Source of the DNA: Rhodobacterales bacterium
GTDB lineage: Bacteria > Pseudomonadota > Alphaproteobacteria > Rhodobacterales > Rhodobacteraceae
Length of the DNA stretch: 64,000 bases
Reading direction: 5' to 3'
Assembly: GCA_009993005.1 (NCBI GenBank)
Contig: JAACUH010000067.1
Coordinates: 6,848-70,847 of the forward strand
Under the pieces are notes generated by a model that ran no database searches, had not been told where the DNA came from, and worked only from the letters and a program-made list of their open reading frames with translations. Position 1 is the first letter of the stretch. Every line of letters begins with the position of its first letter. Below are positions 47,574-59,082 of this stretch, one piece after another. The translations under genes were made by a program, and so were the position numbers.

Positions 47574-47942
47574 ATGAGCAACAACGACTCCATGGTCGGC
47601 ATGTCCCCACGGACACGGCTCAAGGCAGAGGTCACCTACCTCATGCTCAAGGGGGCCGGCTACGCCGCTGTCCTTGTGCTGGGGATCTGGCTGGTGATCG
47701 CGGTCATCGCGGGGATCGGCCGGGCCCTGCCGGAACAAAGCCGCATGGCGCCTGATCCGGCCCCGCAGGCCTTTATCGAGTTTGCCGCCCGCGAAGCCGC
47801 GCCGGCCATGGTAGAGGAACCCGCAGCCGAAGAGGCGGCACCTGCCGCCGCAGAGGACGCAGCCGCTGCCGAGGCACCCGCCGAGGCTGCCGCGACCGAA
47901 GAGGCTGCGCCCGCCGCAGAAGAGACCGCCCCGGCGGAATAA
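47574..47942 (+). CDS. pufX: PufX with long Ala/Glu/Pro-rich C-terminal extension
   Basis: Directly after pufM; RTRLKAEVTYLMLKGAGYAA + TM helix + GRALPEQSRMAPDP, the PufX pattern; 122 aa. Confidence 0.88.
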   Translation: MSNNDSMVGMSPRTRLKAEVTYLMLKGAGYAAVLVLGIWLVIAVIAGIGRALPEQSRMAPDPAPQAFIEFAAREAAPAMVEEPAAEEAAPAAAEDAAAAEAPAEAAATEEAAPAAEETAPAE

Positions 47943-47948
47943 AGCATC

Positions 47949-47981
47949 AGGGGCGGACCGGCTGCAACCGGGCCGCCCCTT
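47949..47981 (+). terminator. Hairpin terminator after the puf operon
   Basis: AGGGGCGG-ACCGG..CCGG-GCCGCCCCT stem immediately after the pufX stop. Confidence 0.55.
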
Positions 47982-48119
47982 CAGTCGTCGGACCCGCCCT
48001 CCCGGAACGGTCCTTCATTGGGGCCTTGGCCCCAGTTCCCTTCCTGTTGGCTACAGGAGACTGGCGTCACGAAGGGCAATACCCATCGTGACGCCTTTTT
48101 TGCCACAAGGATAGCCCCC

Positions 48120-50060
48120 ATGACCCAGCCCCGATTTCCCGAAGATCGCCCCGCCACCCCGACGCTCGACCGCGTGACCGGCCCCGCCGATCTGCGGCAG
48201 ATGTCGGATGCCACGCTGACCGCCCTGGCGACCGAGGTCCGCAACGAGGTGATCTCGGCCGTGTCTGTCACCGGCGGGCATCTGGGGTCGTCGCTGGGCG
48301 TGGTCGAACTGGCCGTGGCGATCCATGCCGTGTTCGACACCCCGCATGACAAGCTGATCTGGGACGTGGGCCACCAGTGCTATCCGCACAAGATCCTGAC
48401 CGGCCGGCGCGACCGCATCCGCACCCTGAGGCAAGAAGGCGGGCTGTCGGGTTTCACCAAGCGTGCCGAGAGCGACTATGACCCTTTCGGCGCCGCGCAT
48501 AGCTCGACCTCCATTTCTGCCGCGCTGGGCTTCACCATCGGGCGCGACATGGGGATGGCGACGGGTGATGCGATTGCCGTGATCGGCGATGGCTCGATTT
48601 CCGCCGGCATGGCCTATGAGGCGCTCAACAACGCCGGGACCGAGGGGCGGCGGCTGTTCGTGATCCTCAACGACAACGAGATGTCCATCGCACCGCCGGT
48701 GGGCGCGATGTCGAAATACCTCTCGGGCCTCTATGGCTCGACCCCCTTTGGCGCGATCACCAAGATGGCCGAGGGGTTCGAGGCGGCACTCCCCGGCCCG
48801 ATCCGCGACCACGCGCGCCGCGCACGGCAGATGGTGACAGGGATCCCGGGCGGGCAGGGCACGCTGTTCGAAGAGCTGGGGTTCACCTATGTCGGCCCGA
48901 TCGACGGGCATGACATGGCGCAACTGTTGCCCGTCCTGCGCGCCGCGCGGGCGCGTGCGACAGGGCCGGTGCTGATCCATGTCTGCACGGTCAAGGGCAA
49001 GGGCTATGCGCCCGCAGAAACCAGCGCCGACAAATATCACGGCGTGAACCGGTTCAACGTCGGCACCGGCGAGCAGGCCAAATCGCGCCCCAATGCGCCG
49101 AGCTATACCAAGGTCTTTGGCGATGCGCTGACGTGCGAGGCGACGCATGACCCGCGTATCGTCGGGATCACGGCGGCGATGCCGTCCGGCACCGGACTCG
49201 ACATTCTGGGCAAGCGGTTTCCGGGCCGGGTGTTCGACGTGGGCATTGCCGAACAGCACGGCGTCACCTTTGCCGCCGCGATGGCGGCGAGCGGGCTGAA
49301 GCCGTTCTGCGCGATCTATTCGACCTTTCTGCAACGCGGCTACGATCAGGTCGTGCATGACGTGGCCTTGCAAAACCTGCCGGTGCGCTTTGCCATCGAC
49401 CGGGCGGGGCTGGTCGGCGCCGATGGGCCGACCCATGCGGGGTCGTTCGACATCGGCTATATGGCGGCGCTGCCCAATATGGTGGTGATGGCGGCGGGCG
49501 ACGAGGTCGAGCTCATGCATATGGTGGCGACTGCCGCCGCCCATGATGCCGGGCCCATCGCGTTCCGCTATCCGCGCGGCGAAGGCGAGGGGCTGGAGAT
49601 GCCCGCACGCGGCGCGGTGCTCGAGATCGGCAAGGGGCGCGTGGTGCAGGAAGGCAGCGACATCGCGCTCTTGTCCTTTGGCGCGCATCTGGGCGAAAGC
49701 CGGCGCGCGGCGCGGATCATGGAGGAGCAGGGCGCGAGCGTCACCATCGCCGACGCCCGCTTTGCCAAGCCGCTGGACCAGGCGCTGATCCGCCAGCTCT
49801 TGCGTCATCACAAGGCGCTGGTCACGGTCGAGCAGGGCGCGCAGGGGGGATTTGGCGCGATGGTGCTGCATATGCTGGCCAATGAGGGCTTGCTCGACGG
49901 GCGCTGTGCGGTCCGCACCATGACGCTGCCCGACCGGTTCATCGACCAGGCCGCGCCGGATGCGATGTATGCCGATGCGGGGCTCACGGCGGTGGACATT
50001 GCGGCAACGGCGCTGCAAGCGGCGGGGATGCAGGCCAACCGGGCCGGTGTCGTGGTCTGA
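48120..50060 (+). CDS. dxs: 1-deoxy-D-xylulose-5-phosphate synthase
   Basis: [53 protein letters not shown]. Confidence 0.97.
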   Translation: MTQPRFPEDRPATPTLDRVTGPADLRQMSDATLTALATEVRNEVISAVSVTGGHLGSSLGVVELAVAIHAVFDTPHDKLIWDVGHQCYPHKILTGRRDRIRTLRQEGGLSGFTKRAESDYDPFGAAHSSTSISAALGFTIGRDMGMATGDAIAVIGDGSISAGMAYEALNNAGTEGRRLFVILNDNEMSIAPPVGAMSKYLSGLYGSTPFGAITKMAEGFEAALPGPIRDHARRARQMVTGIPGGQGTLFEELGFTYVGPIDGHDMAQLLPVLRAARARATGPVLIHVCTVKGKGYAPAETSADKYHGVNRFNVGTGEQAKSRPNAPSYTKVFGDALTCEATHDPRIVGITAAMPSGTGLDILGKRFPGRVFDVGIAEQHGVTFAAAMAASGLKPFCAIYSTFLQRGYDQVVHDVALQNLPVRFAIDRAGLVGADGPTHAGSFDIGYMAALPNMVVMAAGDEVELMHMVATAAAHDAGPIAFRYPRGEGEGLEMPARGAVLEIGKGRVVQEGSDIALLSFGAHLGESRRAARIMEEQGASVTIADARFAKPLDQALIRQLLRHHKALVTVEQGAQGGFGAMVLHMLANEGLLDGRCAVRTMTLPDRFIDQAAPDAMYADAGLTAVDIAATALQAAGMQANRAGVVV

Positions 50061-50062
50061 CA

Positions 50063-50122
50063 GGCAAAGAGGGTGGCAAAGAGGGTGGCAAAGAGGGTGG
50101 CAAAGAGGGTGGCAAAGAGGGT
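50063..50122 (+). repeat. 12-bp tandem repeat x5 (GGCAAAGAGGGT)
   Basis: Five exact copies starting 2 bp after the dxs stop, then one degenerate copy. Confidence 0.95.
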
Positions 50123-50147
50123 GGCGGAGGAGGGTGGCGGACGGCGC

Positions 50148-50549
50148 TCAGCCCGCCCCTTCACGCACATGGACGCGCGTCACGCGGTCGCCTGACCCGT
50201 AGATCGTGACATTCATATACATCGGCTCTTGCTGCTGGACAGACCGCCGGATGTAATCCCGCAACGCTGGCGCCACGTCGCAATTGGTCGAGATGCGCGC
50301 CCTGTTGGCGGCATCGGCAAAGAAATAGTCATAGCCGTCTAACCTGTCCTGCCGGCCAAAGCGGTGCAGGTTCGCGCGGTCCTGCTGGACCATGGCGCAG
50401 AAGTCGGTCAGTGGCACACCCTGGGAATTGCGCATGTCCTGTGCCGTGATCCAGGTGTTGTAGCTCCCGATCACATGGTCGCTCTGCGCATGGGCCAGCG
50501 AAGCAAGCGTCAACCCGGCCAAGACCGCAGCAATCCGTGTGACCATCAT
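50148..50549 (-). CDS. Hypothetical secreted protein
   Basis: Signal peptide MMVTRIAAVLAGLTLASLAHA, motif QQDRANLHRFG, two Cys; GAAGGGG RBS. Confidence 0.7.
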   Translation of the reverse strand: MMVTRIAAVLAGLTLASLAHAQSDHVIGSYNTWITAQDMRNSQGVPLTDFCAMVQQDRANLHRFGRQDRLDGYDYFFADAANRARISTNCDVAPALRDYIRRSVQQQEPMYMNVTIYGSGDRVTRVHVREGAG

Positions 50550-50624
50550 CCGCGCGCCCCTTCGCATCTGCCAACACCGACAGTTAGACCGCGATTCGGC
50601 AGGTGTGGCAACGCAAGGCTGGCC

Positions 50625-51155
50625 TCAAACCGGTGCCAGAGCCCCGAAGATGCGCGCCTTGTGCTCTGCCAGATAGATCCGCAGCCATGGCGTGAATTCG
50701 AACGGGCGGCGCAGGCATTGCGCGGCGAGGTCGTGGAAATCGACCCAGCGCGTGGCCATCACCTCGGCCGGATTGGGCCGCAGCGGCAGTGCCTCGGTCG
50801 CCTGCGCGACAAAGACATCGACCACCTCATGTTCCGTCAACCCGCCACCGACCTCGGCGCGGTATTCGACGGTGTCGCGGAAGGACGGGTAGATGCCGGT
50901 GATCCCCAATTCCTCCTCCAGCCGCCGGATCGCGCAAACGGCGCTGTCCTCGTCCCAGGCGGGATGGGTGCAGCAGGTATTGGCCCAGAGGCCGGGCGTG
51001 TGGTATTTTCCCATCGCGCGCTGCTGGATCAGCACCTTGGTCCCCGCCATGACAAACACGCTCACCGCCTTGTGGCGCAGGCCCTGGCGGTGCACGGCAA
51101 GCTTTTCGACCGGGGTCAGGGTGCCATCGACCCAGGCGGGGATCATGTCCGTCAT
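50625..51155 (-). CDS. idi: Isopentenyl-diphosphate delta-isomerase type 1
   Basis: KLAVH..GLRHKAVSVF, WANTCCTHP, RRLEEELG, EHE, FTPWLRIY. Confidence 0.94.
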   Translation of the reverse strand: MTDMIPAWVDGTLTPVEKLAVHRQGLRHKAVSVFVMAGTKVLIQQRAMGKYHTPGLWANTCCTHPAWDEDSAVCAIRRLEEELGITGIYPSFRDTVEYRAEVGGGLTEHEVVDVFVAQATEALPLRPNPAEVMATRWVDFHDLAAQCLRRPFEFTPWLRIYLAEHKARIFGALAPV

Positions 51156-52339
51156 ATACGCTCTGCCGATACAAGGCCCGTGAGATGGGCGAGGTTCTTG
51201 ATCCCGATCTTGATGTGCGCCATCGGGCGGGCCTTGACCAGTTCCTTGTTCATATAGGCCTCGAAGGTCAGCTTTTGAACATCGACATCGTGGCACAGCG
51301 ACACGAAGCGTTCACGCCGCATGTCGCTGCGGTAATAGGCGTTCTGCATCGCGCCCAGCACCCGGAACACCGACCCGTGGTCGCGCAGAAAGAGCTTGCG
51401 CGCGAGTTGCAGGTCCTTGATGCGGCCGGTTTTCAGCTTGGCCGCGACGGCCGTCGCGGCAACGCGGCCGCCGACCATCGCGTAGAATATCCCCTCACCG
51501 GAGGACGGCGCCACCACGCCCGCCGCATCGCCCGCGAGCACGATGTCGCGCCCATTGTCCCAGCGGTCCAGCGGCTTGAGCGGGATCGGCGCGCCTTCGC
51601 GGCGGATCGTCTTGCAATCCGTCAGCCCCGATTGCGCCCGCAACCGCGCGGTCGCGTCCTTGAGGTCCACGCCATCGACCATGGTGCCCATGCCGATGCT
51701 GGCCTGCTTGCCATGCGGAAAGACCCAGCCATAGAAATCTGGCGAAATCGCGCCGTCATAGATCACGTCGCAGCGCACCGGGTCATAGAGGTCGCTGGCG
51801 GCGGGCGCCTCGACGATTTCGTGGTAGGCAATCACATAGGGGATCTTGCTCGCGCCGGGGATATAGTCGCGCGCGATGTTGGACCGCGCGCCATCGGCGC
51901 CGATGATCATGCGGGTGGCAAGCCGCATCTCTTCTCCGCTGGCCTTGTCGCGGTAGATGACATGGCTGCCGTCCGCGTCCCGTTCGATCCGCAGGAAGGT
52001 GCCGGTGAGACGGTGCGCCCCGGCCTCTGCCGCGCGATTGCGCAGGAATTCGTCGAAATGCTCGCGGTCCACCATGCCGACATAGCCGCCCTCGATGGGG
52101 ATATCGACGCGCCGCCCGGTGGGCGAGATCATCCGCGCGGTGGTGATTTTCGCGACGATCTGGTCGTCTGGGATAAAGAAATCGCGGATCAGCCTGGGCG
52201 GGATCGCGCCGCCGCAGGGCTTGATCCGCCCCGCACGGTCCAATAGCGCGACCTTGTGGCCCGAACGCACGAGATCCTCGGCCGCGGTTGCACCAGAGGG
52301 GCCACCGCCCACCACGACGACATCGTATTTCATGCTCAT
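51152..52339 (-). CDS. bchP: Geranylgeranyl reductase
   Basis: VVGGGPSG, IKPCGGAIP, FYGWVFPH, GDAAGVV..SGEGIF. Confidence 0.96.
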   Translation of the reverse strand: MSMKYDVVVVGGGPSGATAAEDLVRSGHKVALLDRAGRIKPCGGAIPPRLIRDFFIPDDQIVAKITTARMISPTGRRVDIPIEGGYVGMVDREHFDEFLRNRAAEAGAHRLTGTFLRIERDADGSHVIYRDKASGEEMRLATRMIIGADGARSNIARDYIPGASKIPYVIAYHEIVEAPAASDLYDPVRCDVIYDGAISPDFYGWVFPHGKQASIGMGTMVDGVDLKDATARLRAQSGLTDCKTIRREGAPIPLKPLDRWDNGRDIVLAGDAAGVVAPSSGEGIFYAMVGGRVAATAVAAKLKTGRIKDLQLARKLFLRDHGSVFRVLGAMQNAYYRSDMRRERFVSLCHDVDVQKLTFEAYMNKELVKARPMAHIKIGIKNLAHLTGLVSAERI

Positions 52340-53616
52340 TCTCCCGGAACCATCGTGGCAACCGGCATCCGCCGGTCCATGACCTTGGCCGCCATCAGCG
52401 CGGCGGCGACAAAAACGACGGCTTCGATCAGGAACACCGCGCCGAACGCCTCGGCATCAGGCAGGCCCATCCGCAGCATATCGACCAGTGCTGCGCCCAT
52501 AAGCCCGCCAAAGCCTGCGGCGACGGCCTGCGCCGCGCCCCACAGGCCCATCCGCGTGCCTTCGCGCCGGCCGCGCCCTTCGCCCGCCAGCGCCATCATG
52601 GAGCCGATGGCGGCGACCGCGAACATGCCGTTGAAGAACCCGAGCGCCACCACCGCAGGCACCAGCGGCGCGCCCGCGCCGATCGGCCCGATCATGGTGA
52701 TGACAGCGAGCGCCGCCGCCGAGCCCAGACAGCCCGCCACGACCCAGGTGCGCAACTGGCCGAGGCCAAAGCCCGTCGCCGCGATGCCCACCGTCAGCAT
52801 CCCGACGAACACGCCGCCGTTCTGCGCGCCCGACAGGCTGGTCGATTGGCCCGGCGTAAAGCCAAAGACAAGGCCAGCGTAGGGTTCGAGGATCAGTTCC
52901 TGCATGAAATAGGCGGTCATCGACAGGAACACGAAGATGGTGAAGTTGCGCGCGCGGCGCTCGGCCCAGATCTCGGCAATGCCTTCGCGAAAGGTGCCGG
53001 TGTCGGGCTCGCGCTCGGCCTTGACGCGCCGTTCGATCCCCCAGACGGCCAGCGTCGTCAGCCCCAGCGCGCCGGTCACGACCACGGCCACAACCCGCAG
53101 CAGCAGCGCGTCGGAATAGGGGTGCAGCATCGCGCCCACGGTGCCCGCAGTGACGGCAATGCCAAAGATCATCATCAGCCAGGTGATCGTCGCCGCCGCC
53201 GCGCGCCGCTTGGGCGCGGTGGCGGTGGCGAGCAGCGCGAGCAGCGAGGTGCCCGAGGCCCCCACGCCCATGCCGATCATCGCATAGGCCAGGACCGACA
53301 GCGCCAGCCCCCAGCCAAAGGAGGTATCCAGCACGACCACCGCCAGCGTGGCGAGCATCGCGCCTGCCGCCAGCATCGCCATGCCGCCGATGATCCAGCG
53401 CGTCCGCTTGCCACCGGCATCCGAGACAAAGCCCCAATGCGGCCGCGTCATCTGGATCCCGTAATGCAGCGCGACAAGCGCCGCCGGCAGCACCGCGGGA
53501 AGCGCCAGTTCGACCACCATCAGCCGATTGAGCGTCGATGTGGTCAGCACCACGATCGACCCCAGTGCCATCTGCACCAGCCCCAGCCGCACGATCTGTG
53601 CCCAGGTCAATGTCAT
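52336..53616 (-). CDS. PucC-family (BCD) MFS transporter
   Basis: IVRLGLVQ..GSIVVLTTSTLNRLMVVEL, MQELILEPY, REGTRMGLWGAAQA; conserved position between bchG and bchP. Confidence 0.92.
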   Translation of the reverse strand: MTLTWAQIVRLGLVQMALGSIVVLTTSTLNRLMVVELALPAVLPAALVALHYGIQMTRPHWGFVSDAGGKRTRWIIGGMAMLAAGAMLATLAVVVLDTSFGWGLALSVLAYAMIGMGVGASGTSLLALLATATAPKRRAAAATITWLMMIFGIAVTAGTVGAMLHPYSDALLLRVVAVVVTGALGLTTLAVWGIERRVKAEREPDTGTFREGIAEIWAERRARNFTIFVFLSMTAYFMQELILEPYAGLVFGFTPGQSTSLSGAQNGGVFVGMLTVGIAATGFGLGQLRTWVVAGCLGSAAALAVITMIGPIGAGAPLVPAVVALGFFNGMFAVAAIGSMMALAGEGRGRREGTRMGLWGAAQAVAAGFGGLMGAALVDMLRMGLPDAEAFGAVFLIEAVVFVAAALMAAKVMDRRMPVATMVPGE

Positions 53617-53617
53617 C

Positions 53618-54535
53618 TTACAGCCCTCCGACGCTGCGCAGCGCAAAGGCCGCGATCATCATGCCACTGATGTAAAGGACGATTCCCGTCCCGTTGTACC
53701 AGGGCGCCTTGCCCTTGGGGTCGCGCAGCAGCACCCGCATCGCGGCAAACTGCGCCAGCAGCAGCGCGCCGATGGCCGCCGCATGCAGCGGCTTGCCCCA
53801 GCCGAGCAGCAGCGCGACAACCGCGACCTGCGGCACCGCCATCACCCAGCAGGCCAGCCGCGCCGCGCGCGCGGGCCCCAGCGTCACGGGCAGCGAGGCG
53901 AGGCCCATCTGCCTGTCACCCTCGAGCGCCTTGAAATCGTTGAGCGTCATGATCCCGTGCGCGCCGATCCCGTAAAGCAGAGCCACGAGGATGTTTGGCC
54001 AGGTTGGCGCGCCCTGGGCGAGCACGGCGGCGCCGGTGAGCCAGGGCAGCGTCTCATAGGACAGCCCGCACAGGCCCGGCCCCCACCAGCCCGACCGTTT
54101 GGCGCGGATCGGTTCGGCCGAATAGGCCCAGGCGGCGATGACCGCGACCACCGTCGCGCCAAAACCCCAGGGGCCGAGCAGCCAGCCCACGGCCAGCGAC
54201 AGCACCGTCATGGCGAGCGCGATCCAGAGGCCCCAGCGGCCGGGGATCCGGCCCGAGGGAATCGGCCGGTCGGGTTCGTTGATCGCATCGACATGGCGGT
54301 CGCACCAGTCGTTCGCGGCCTGGCTCATCCCGCAGACGACCGGACCCGCCAGCACGACGCCCAGCGCCACCAGCCCCCAATTCCCGCCAAAGGCCACGCC
54401 CGACGACACCGCGCCGCACAGAAAGGCCCACATCGGCGGGAACCATGTCACCGGCTTGATCAGCCGCAGCATGGCGCGCGGCTCGGGCCAGCGGCGCAGG
54501 ACGGCAGAAGGGGCAAGATCGGATGTCACGCTCAT
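53618..54535 (-). CDS. bchG: Bacteriochlorophyll synthase
   Basis: LIKPVTWFPPMWA, NDWCDRHVDAINEPDRPIPSGR, NDFKALEGD. Confidence 0.97.
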   Translation of the reverse strand: MSVTSDLAPSAVLRRWPEPRAMLRLIKPVTWFPPMWAFLCGAVSSGVAFGGNWGLVALGVVLAGPVVCGMSQAANDWCDRHVDAINEPDRPIPSGRIPGRWGLWIALAMTVLSLAVGWLLGPWGFGATVVAVIAAWAYSAEPIRAKRSGWWGPGLCGLSYETLPWLTGAAVLAQGAPTWPNILVALLYGIGAHGIMTLNDFKALEGDRQMGLASLPVTLGPARAARLACWVMAVPQVAVVALLLGWGKPLHAAAIGALLLAQFAAMRVLLRDPKGKAPWYNGTGIVLYISGMMIAAFALRSVGGL

Positions 54536-54537
54536 AC

Positions 54538-54590
54538 TGTCAGTCTAGAGTGACAGCTTGTCGCTCGGCAAGTGTAAACTTCACTAGACA
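54538..54590. promoter_or_regulatory. Two PpsR boxes upstream of bchG
   Basis: TGT-CAGTCTAGAGTG-ACA (54538-54555) and TGT-AAACTTCACTAG-ACA (54573-54590). Confidence 0.85.
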
Positions 54591-54626
54591 GCTCTGCCAG
54601 AATGCCGCGCCCGGCTCCTGTGCCGG

Positions 54627-56045
54627 CTAGTCCTGCCCTTTATGAAGCAGATCGTATTTGCGCAGCTTCACATAGAGCGACTGGCGCGACAGACCCAGCA
54701 TTTCGGCCGCCGCCACGCGGTTGTTCATGGTGAGTTCGACCGCCGTCTCGATGCACATCCGCTCGATCACGTCGGTCGTCTCGGCCACGATATCCTTGAG
54801 CGTCGCGGACCCCACAAGCTCCATCACCGAGCGCACATTCTCGTCCGACCCCGGCGTGCCGGCGGGGCGCAGGCTGTCGGACCGGCTCGCGTCGCGAACG
54901 ACATAGCCAAAGACATCGCCCTGATCCGAGGGCAGCAGCGTCACCGCGATCTCGACCGCGCGCGGCTCTGCGAATTCGCCGGCGATGCGCGTGGGGAACA
55001 TCCGCAGCCGCCCGGCGCGGCTGGCATTGTCGATCATCACCCGCAGGTCCACCGACCCGCGCGACAGGAAATCGGCGAGGCTGCGCCCCCTGACCTTGCG
55101 GTCATGTGCCGCGTCGATCAGGTCGAGCAGGCTTTCGTTGGCCCACAGGATGGTCCCGTCCTGATCGGTAAAGAGAATCGCATCAGGCCCGCGCTGGTAA
55201 AGTGACCCCAGCAATTGCGTCAGGCTGTCGATCTCGACCTTGACGGCCTCTTCGGCCTCGATCCGGCACAGCAGGAAACGTTCGCCCGCCGCGCGGAACA
55301 GGGTCGGCGTGATGTCCACCGCCTCGCCCGTCCTGCGCTGCAAGGCGCGCACCGCCACAGGCCGGTCGGCAAGCGCCTGTTCGGCGAGGTCCACGATCAG
55401 CTCGCCCTTGCGGCTGTCCGAAAAGCTGTCGGCCAGCGGGCTTCCGACAAGCTCCTCGCGCGGGCGGCCCAGTTGCGTGGCGGCGATGCTGTTGAGGTCG
55501 GTGATATTGCCGGTATGGACCGAGACAAAGACCAGCGCCTCGCGCGTGGCCTCCATCATCACGCGAAACCGGGTGTCGAACTCGCGCTGCGCCTCGTAGT
55601 CGCGTTCCAGCGCGATCTGCGCCTTGACCAACTGGCGCTGCATCTCGGCGATCGGGCGCAGGTCACGGCCCAGCAGCAGGATCGCGCCTTCCGGCCCGAT
55701 CCGGTGCAGCGTGTAGCGGACCGGAAACTCCCACCGCCCCGCCTCATCGCTATGGTTCAACTCGACCGGCCGGCTCGCCGTCTGCCCGCCCAGGAACTCT
55801 GCCAGCCGCCGGTCGAACTTTTCGATGCTCTCGCTCGCCAGGACCTTGCGGAAATCAAGCGTTTCCCACTTCTCCATCCGGCGGAAGAAATCATTGCCGG
55901 CGTTTACCAGAACCGAAAGCACAACCCCCGCATCGTTGATCACGACCGCCAGATCGGCCAAATCGGCGATGATGTCGCCCAGGATTTCCGGAGCGATCAG
56001 GGGGATCGCGCCGCTGTTCCAGTATTTGGTCCCGCGCGAACTCAC
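54627..56045 (-). CDS. ppsR: Transcriptional repressor PpsR/CrtJ
   Basis: PAS domains, Q-linker QIALERDYE, C-terminal IERMCIETAVELT.NNRVAAAEMLGLSRQSLYVKLRKY; start uncertain (GTG 56045). Confidence 0.95.
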   Translation of the reverse strand: MSSRGTKYWNSGAIPLIAPEILGDIIADLADLAVVINDAGVVLSVLVNAGNDFFRRMEKWETLDFRKVLASESIEKFDRRLAEFLGGQTASRPVELNHSDEAGRWEFPVRYTLHRIGPEGAILLLGRDLRPIAEMQRQLVKAQIALERDYEAQREFDTRFRVMMEATREALVFVSVHTGNITDLNSIAATQLGRPREELVGSPLADSFSDSRKGELIVDLAEQALADRPVAVRALQRRTGEAVDITPTLFRAAGERFLLCRIEAEEAVKVEIDSLTQLLGSLYQRGPDAILFTDQDGTILWANESLLDLIDAAHDRKVRGRSLADFLSRGSVDLRVMIDNASRAGRLRMFPTRIAGEFAEPRAVEIAVTLLPSDQGDVFGYVVRDASRSDSLRPAGTPGSDENVRSVMELVGSATLKDIVAETTDVIERMCIETAVELTMNNRVAAAEMLGLSRQSLYVKLRKYDLLHKGQD

Positions 56046-56107
56046 GTGCGCGGCTTTCGCCGGATGCCTCTGGGTGTCGCGCGAAAGGGTGCCTGCCGGT
56101 CCATCCG

Positions 56108-56914
56108 TCAGTTCCTTCGAACTGAATGGGGGGCGGACCGAAATCCTGTTCTTATGCCGCAATGGTCCAGCGCTTCCGACGCCACATTTGTTGCCATGGT
56201 CGCGCCGGTGATCCGCAAGATATCGTTCACATCCACATGCCGCGACCCGAGGATGCTTCCTCCGATGACGACAGGCGGCACAGGGGCCGGCGCGCGACGA
56301 ACAGTAGCGACCAATTTGCGGGCAACTTCAAGAGGATCACCCGCCGCAACCGAGATCAAAACGCCATCGAAATGGGCCTTGCGCAGAACCTCGGCAACAT
56401 CGCTGCCTTGCGCGTCCACAAGGATCCGCACCGACAGCCCCCGCCGGCGCAACTGCCCCGTCAGCAGCGTCGCGCCGAGCGTATGCTGCGCGTCCGCACA
56501 GGCGAGCACCAGAACCGAAGGCGCATTGGCCGGCGCCATGCTGTCGGCCCGCCATTCCGGCCCGAGATCGCGCAGCAGCGCATGCAGCCGCGAGCAGCCG
56601 ATGGTGACCATCGCAAACCCCATGCCATCATCGACCCAGGCCTCGCCCAGCGCACGCGCCACCGCCGGCACATAGAGATCGGCAATCTCCTCGCAGCGAA
56701 TCCCCTGCCGCTGGATCTCGGCCACGGCCGGCCCGAAACCGGCCCGCTCGCGGCTTGTCGCAACGGCCACAAGCCGCGCCACGATCTTCGGGTCGGCCAG
56801 GCGCGGCCCCTTGTGCGTCGCAACAACCTTGAGCGCGCGCTCTGCCAGGGTCTCGACCAGGTCGTCAGGGTTGTTACCCGACTCCTTGAGGCCGACATGG
56901 GGACTTTCCGACAT
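56108..56914 (-). CDS. ppaA: Cobalamin-binding antirepressor PpaA/AerR
   Basis: YVPAVARALGEAWVDD..F..VTIGCSRL and QHTLGA B12-binding motif; upstream of ppsR. Confidence 0.9.
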   Translation of the reverse strand: MSESPHVGLKESGNNPDDLVETLAERALKVVATHKGPRLADPKIVARLVAVATSRERAGFGPAVAEIQRQGIRCEEIADLYVPAVARALGEAWVDDGMGFAMVTIGCSRLHALLRDLGPEWRADSMAPANAPSVLVLACADAQHTLGATLLTGQLRRRGLSVRILVDAQGSDVAEVLRKAHFDGVLISVAAGDPLEVARKLVATVRRAPAPVPPVVIGGSILGSRHVDVNDILRITGATMATNVASEALDHCGIRTGFRSAPHSVRRN

Positions 56915-57005
56915 CGCTCAACTCCAGCCGTGCGCGCCTCGCTTCTCGCCGCACGGCTTTCTGGACACCACGTGTTCCAAACATTGTCAATGACAGGTCA
57001 GCCAA

Positions 57006-57023
57006 TGTCAAAGTAAATTGACA
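57006..57023. promoter_or_regulatory. PpsR box (ppaA side)
   Basis: TGT-CAAAGTAAATTG-ACA. Confidence 0.85.
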
Positions 57024-57128
57024 GAGCCAGGGGCGCCAGACCGCATAAGGCCCGTTTTCTGCATCTATTTTGAATGTTTACAGTTATAATCGCGCCGATG
57101 CACCCTCTGCAAGTTTTGCGGCATAAAG

Positions 57129-57146
57129 TGTAAGTTAAAGTTGACA
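57129..57146. promoter_or_regulatory. PpsR box (bchF side)
   Basis: TGT-AAGTTAAAGTTG-ACA. Confidence 0.85.
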
Positions 57147-57201
57147 CTCAGGCGTTGCAAACCCTAAAGTTTCCATAAAGCCGGGAACGAGAGGGCGCAA
57201 A

Positions 57202-59015
<1,814 letters not shown>

Positions 59016-59020
59016 CCCCG

Positions 59021-59071
59021 TTCATCTTTTGGCCAGAAATATCCTCGGGGGTCCGGGGGCAGACAGCCCCC
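59021..59071 (-). repeat. Dispersed palindromic repeat, copy D, between bchN and bchB
   Basis: Reverse complement reads GGGGGCTGTCTGCCCCCGGACCCCCGAGGATATTTCTGGCCAAAAGATGAA. Confidence 0.85.
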
Positions 59072-59082
59072 GGCGGCCAGCC

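Noticed and set aside
50063..50122. Possible CRISPR array
   Set aside because: 12-bp contiguous units without spacers, and no cas genes in the window.
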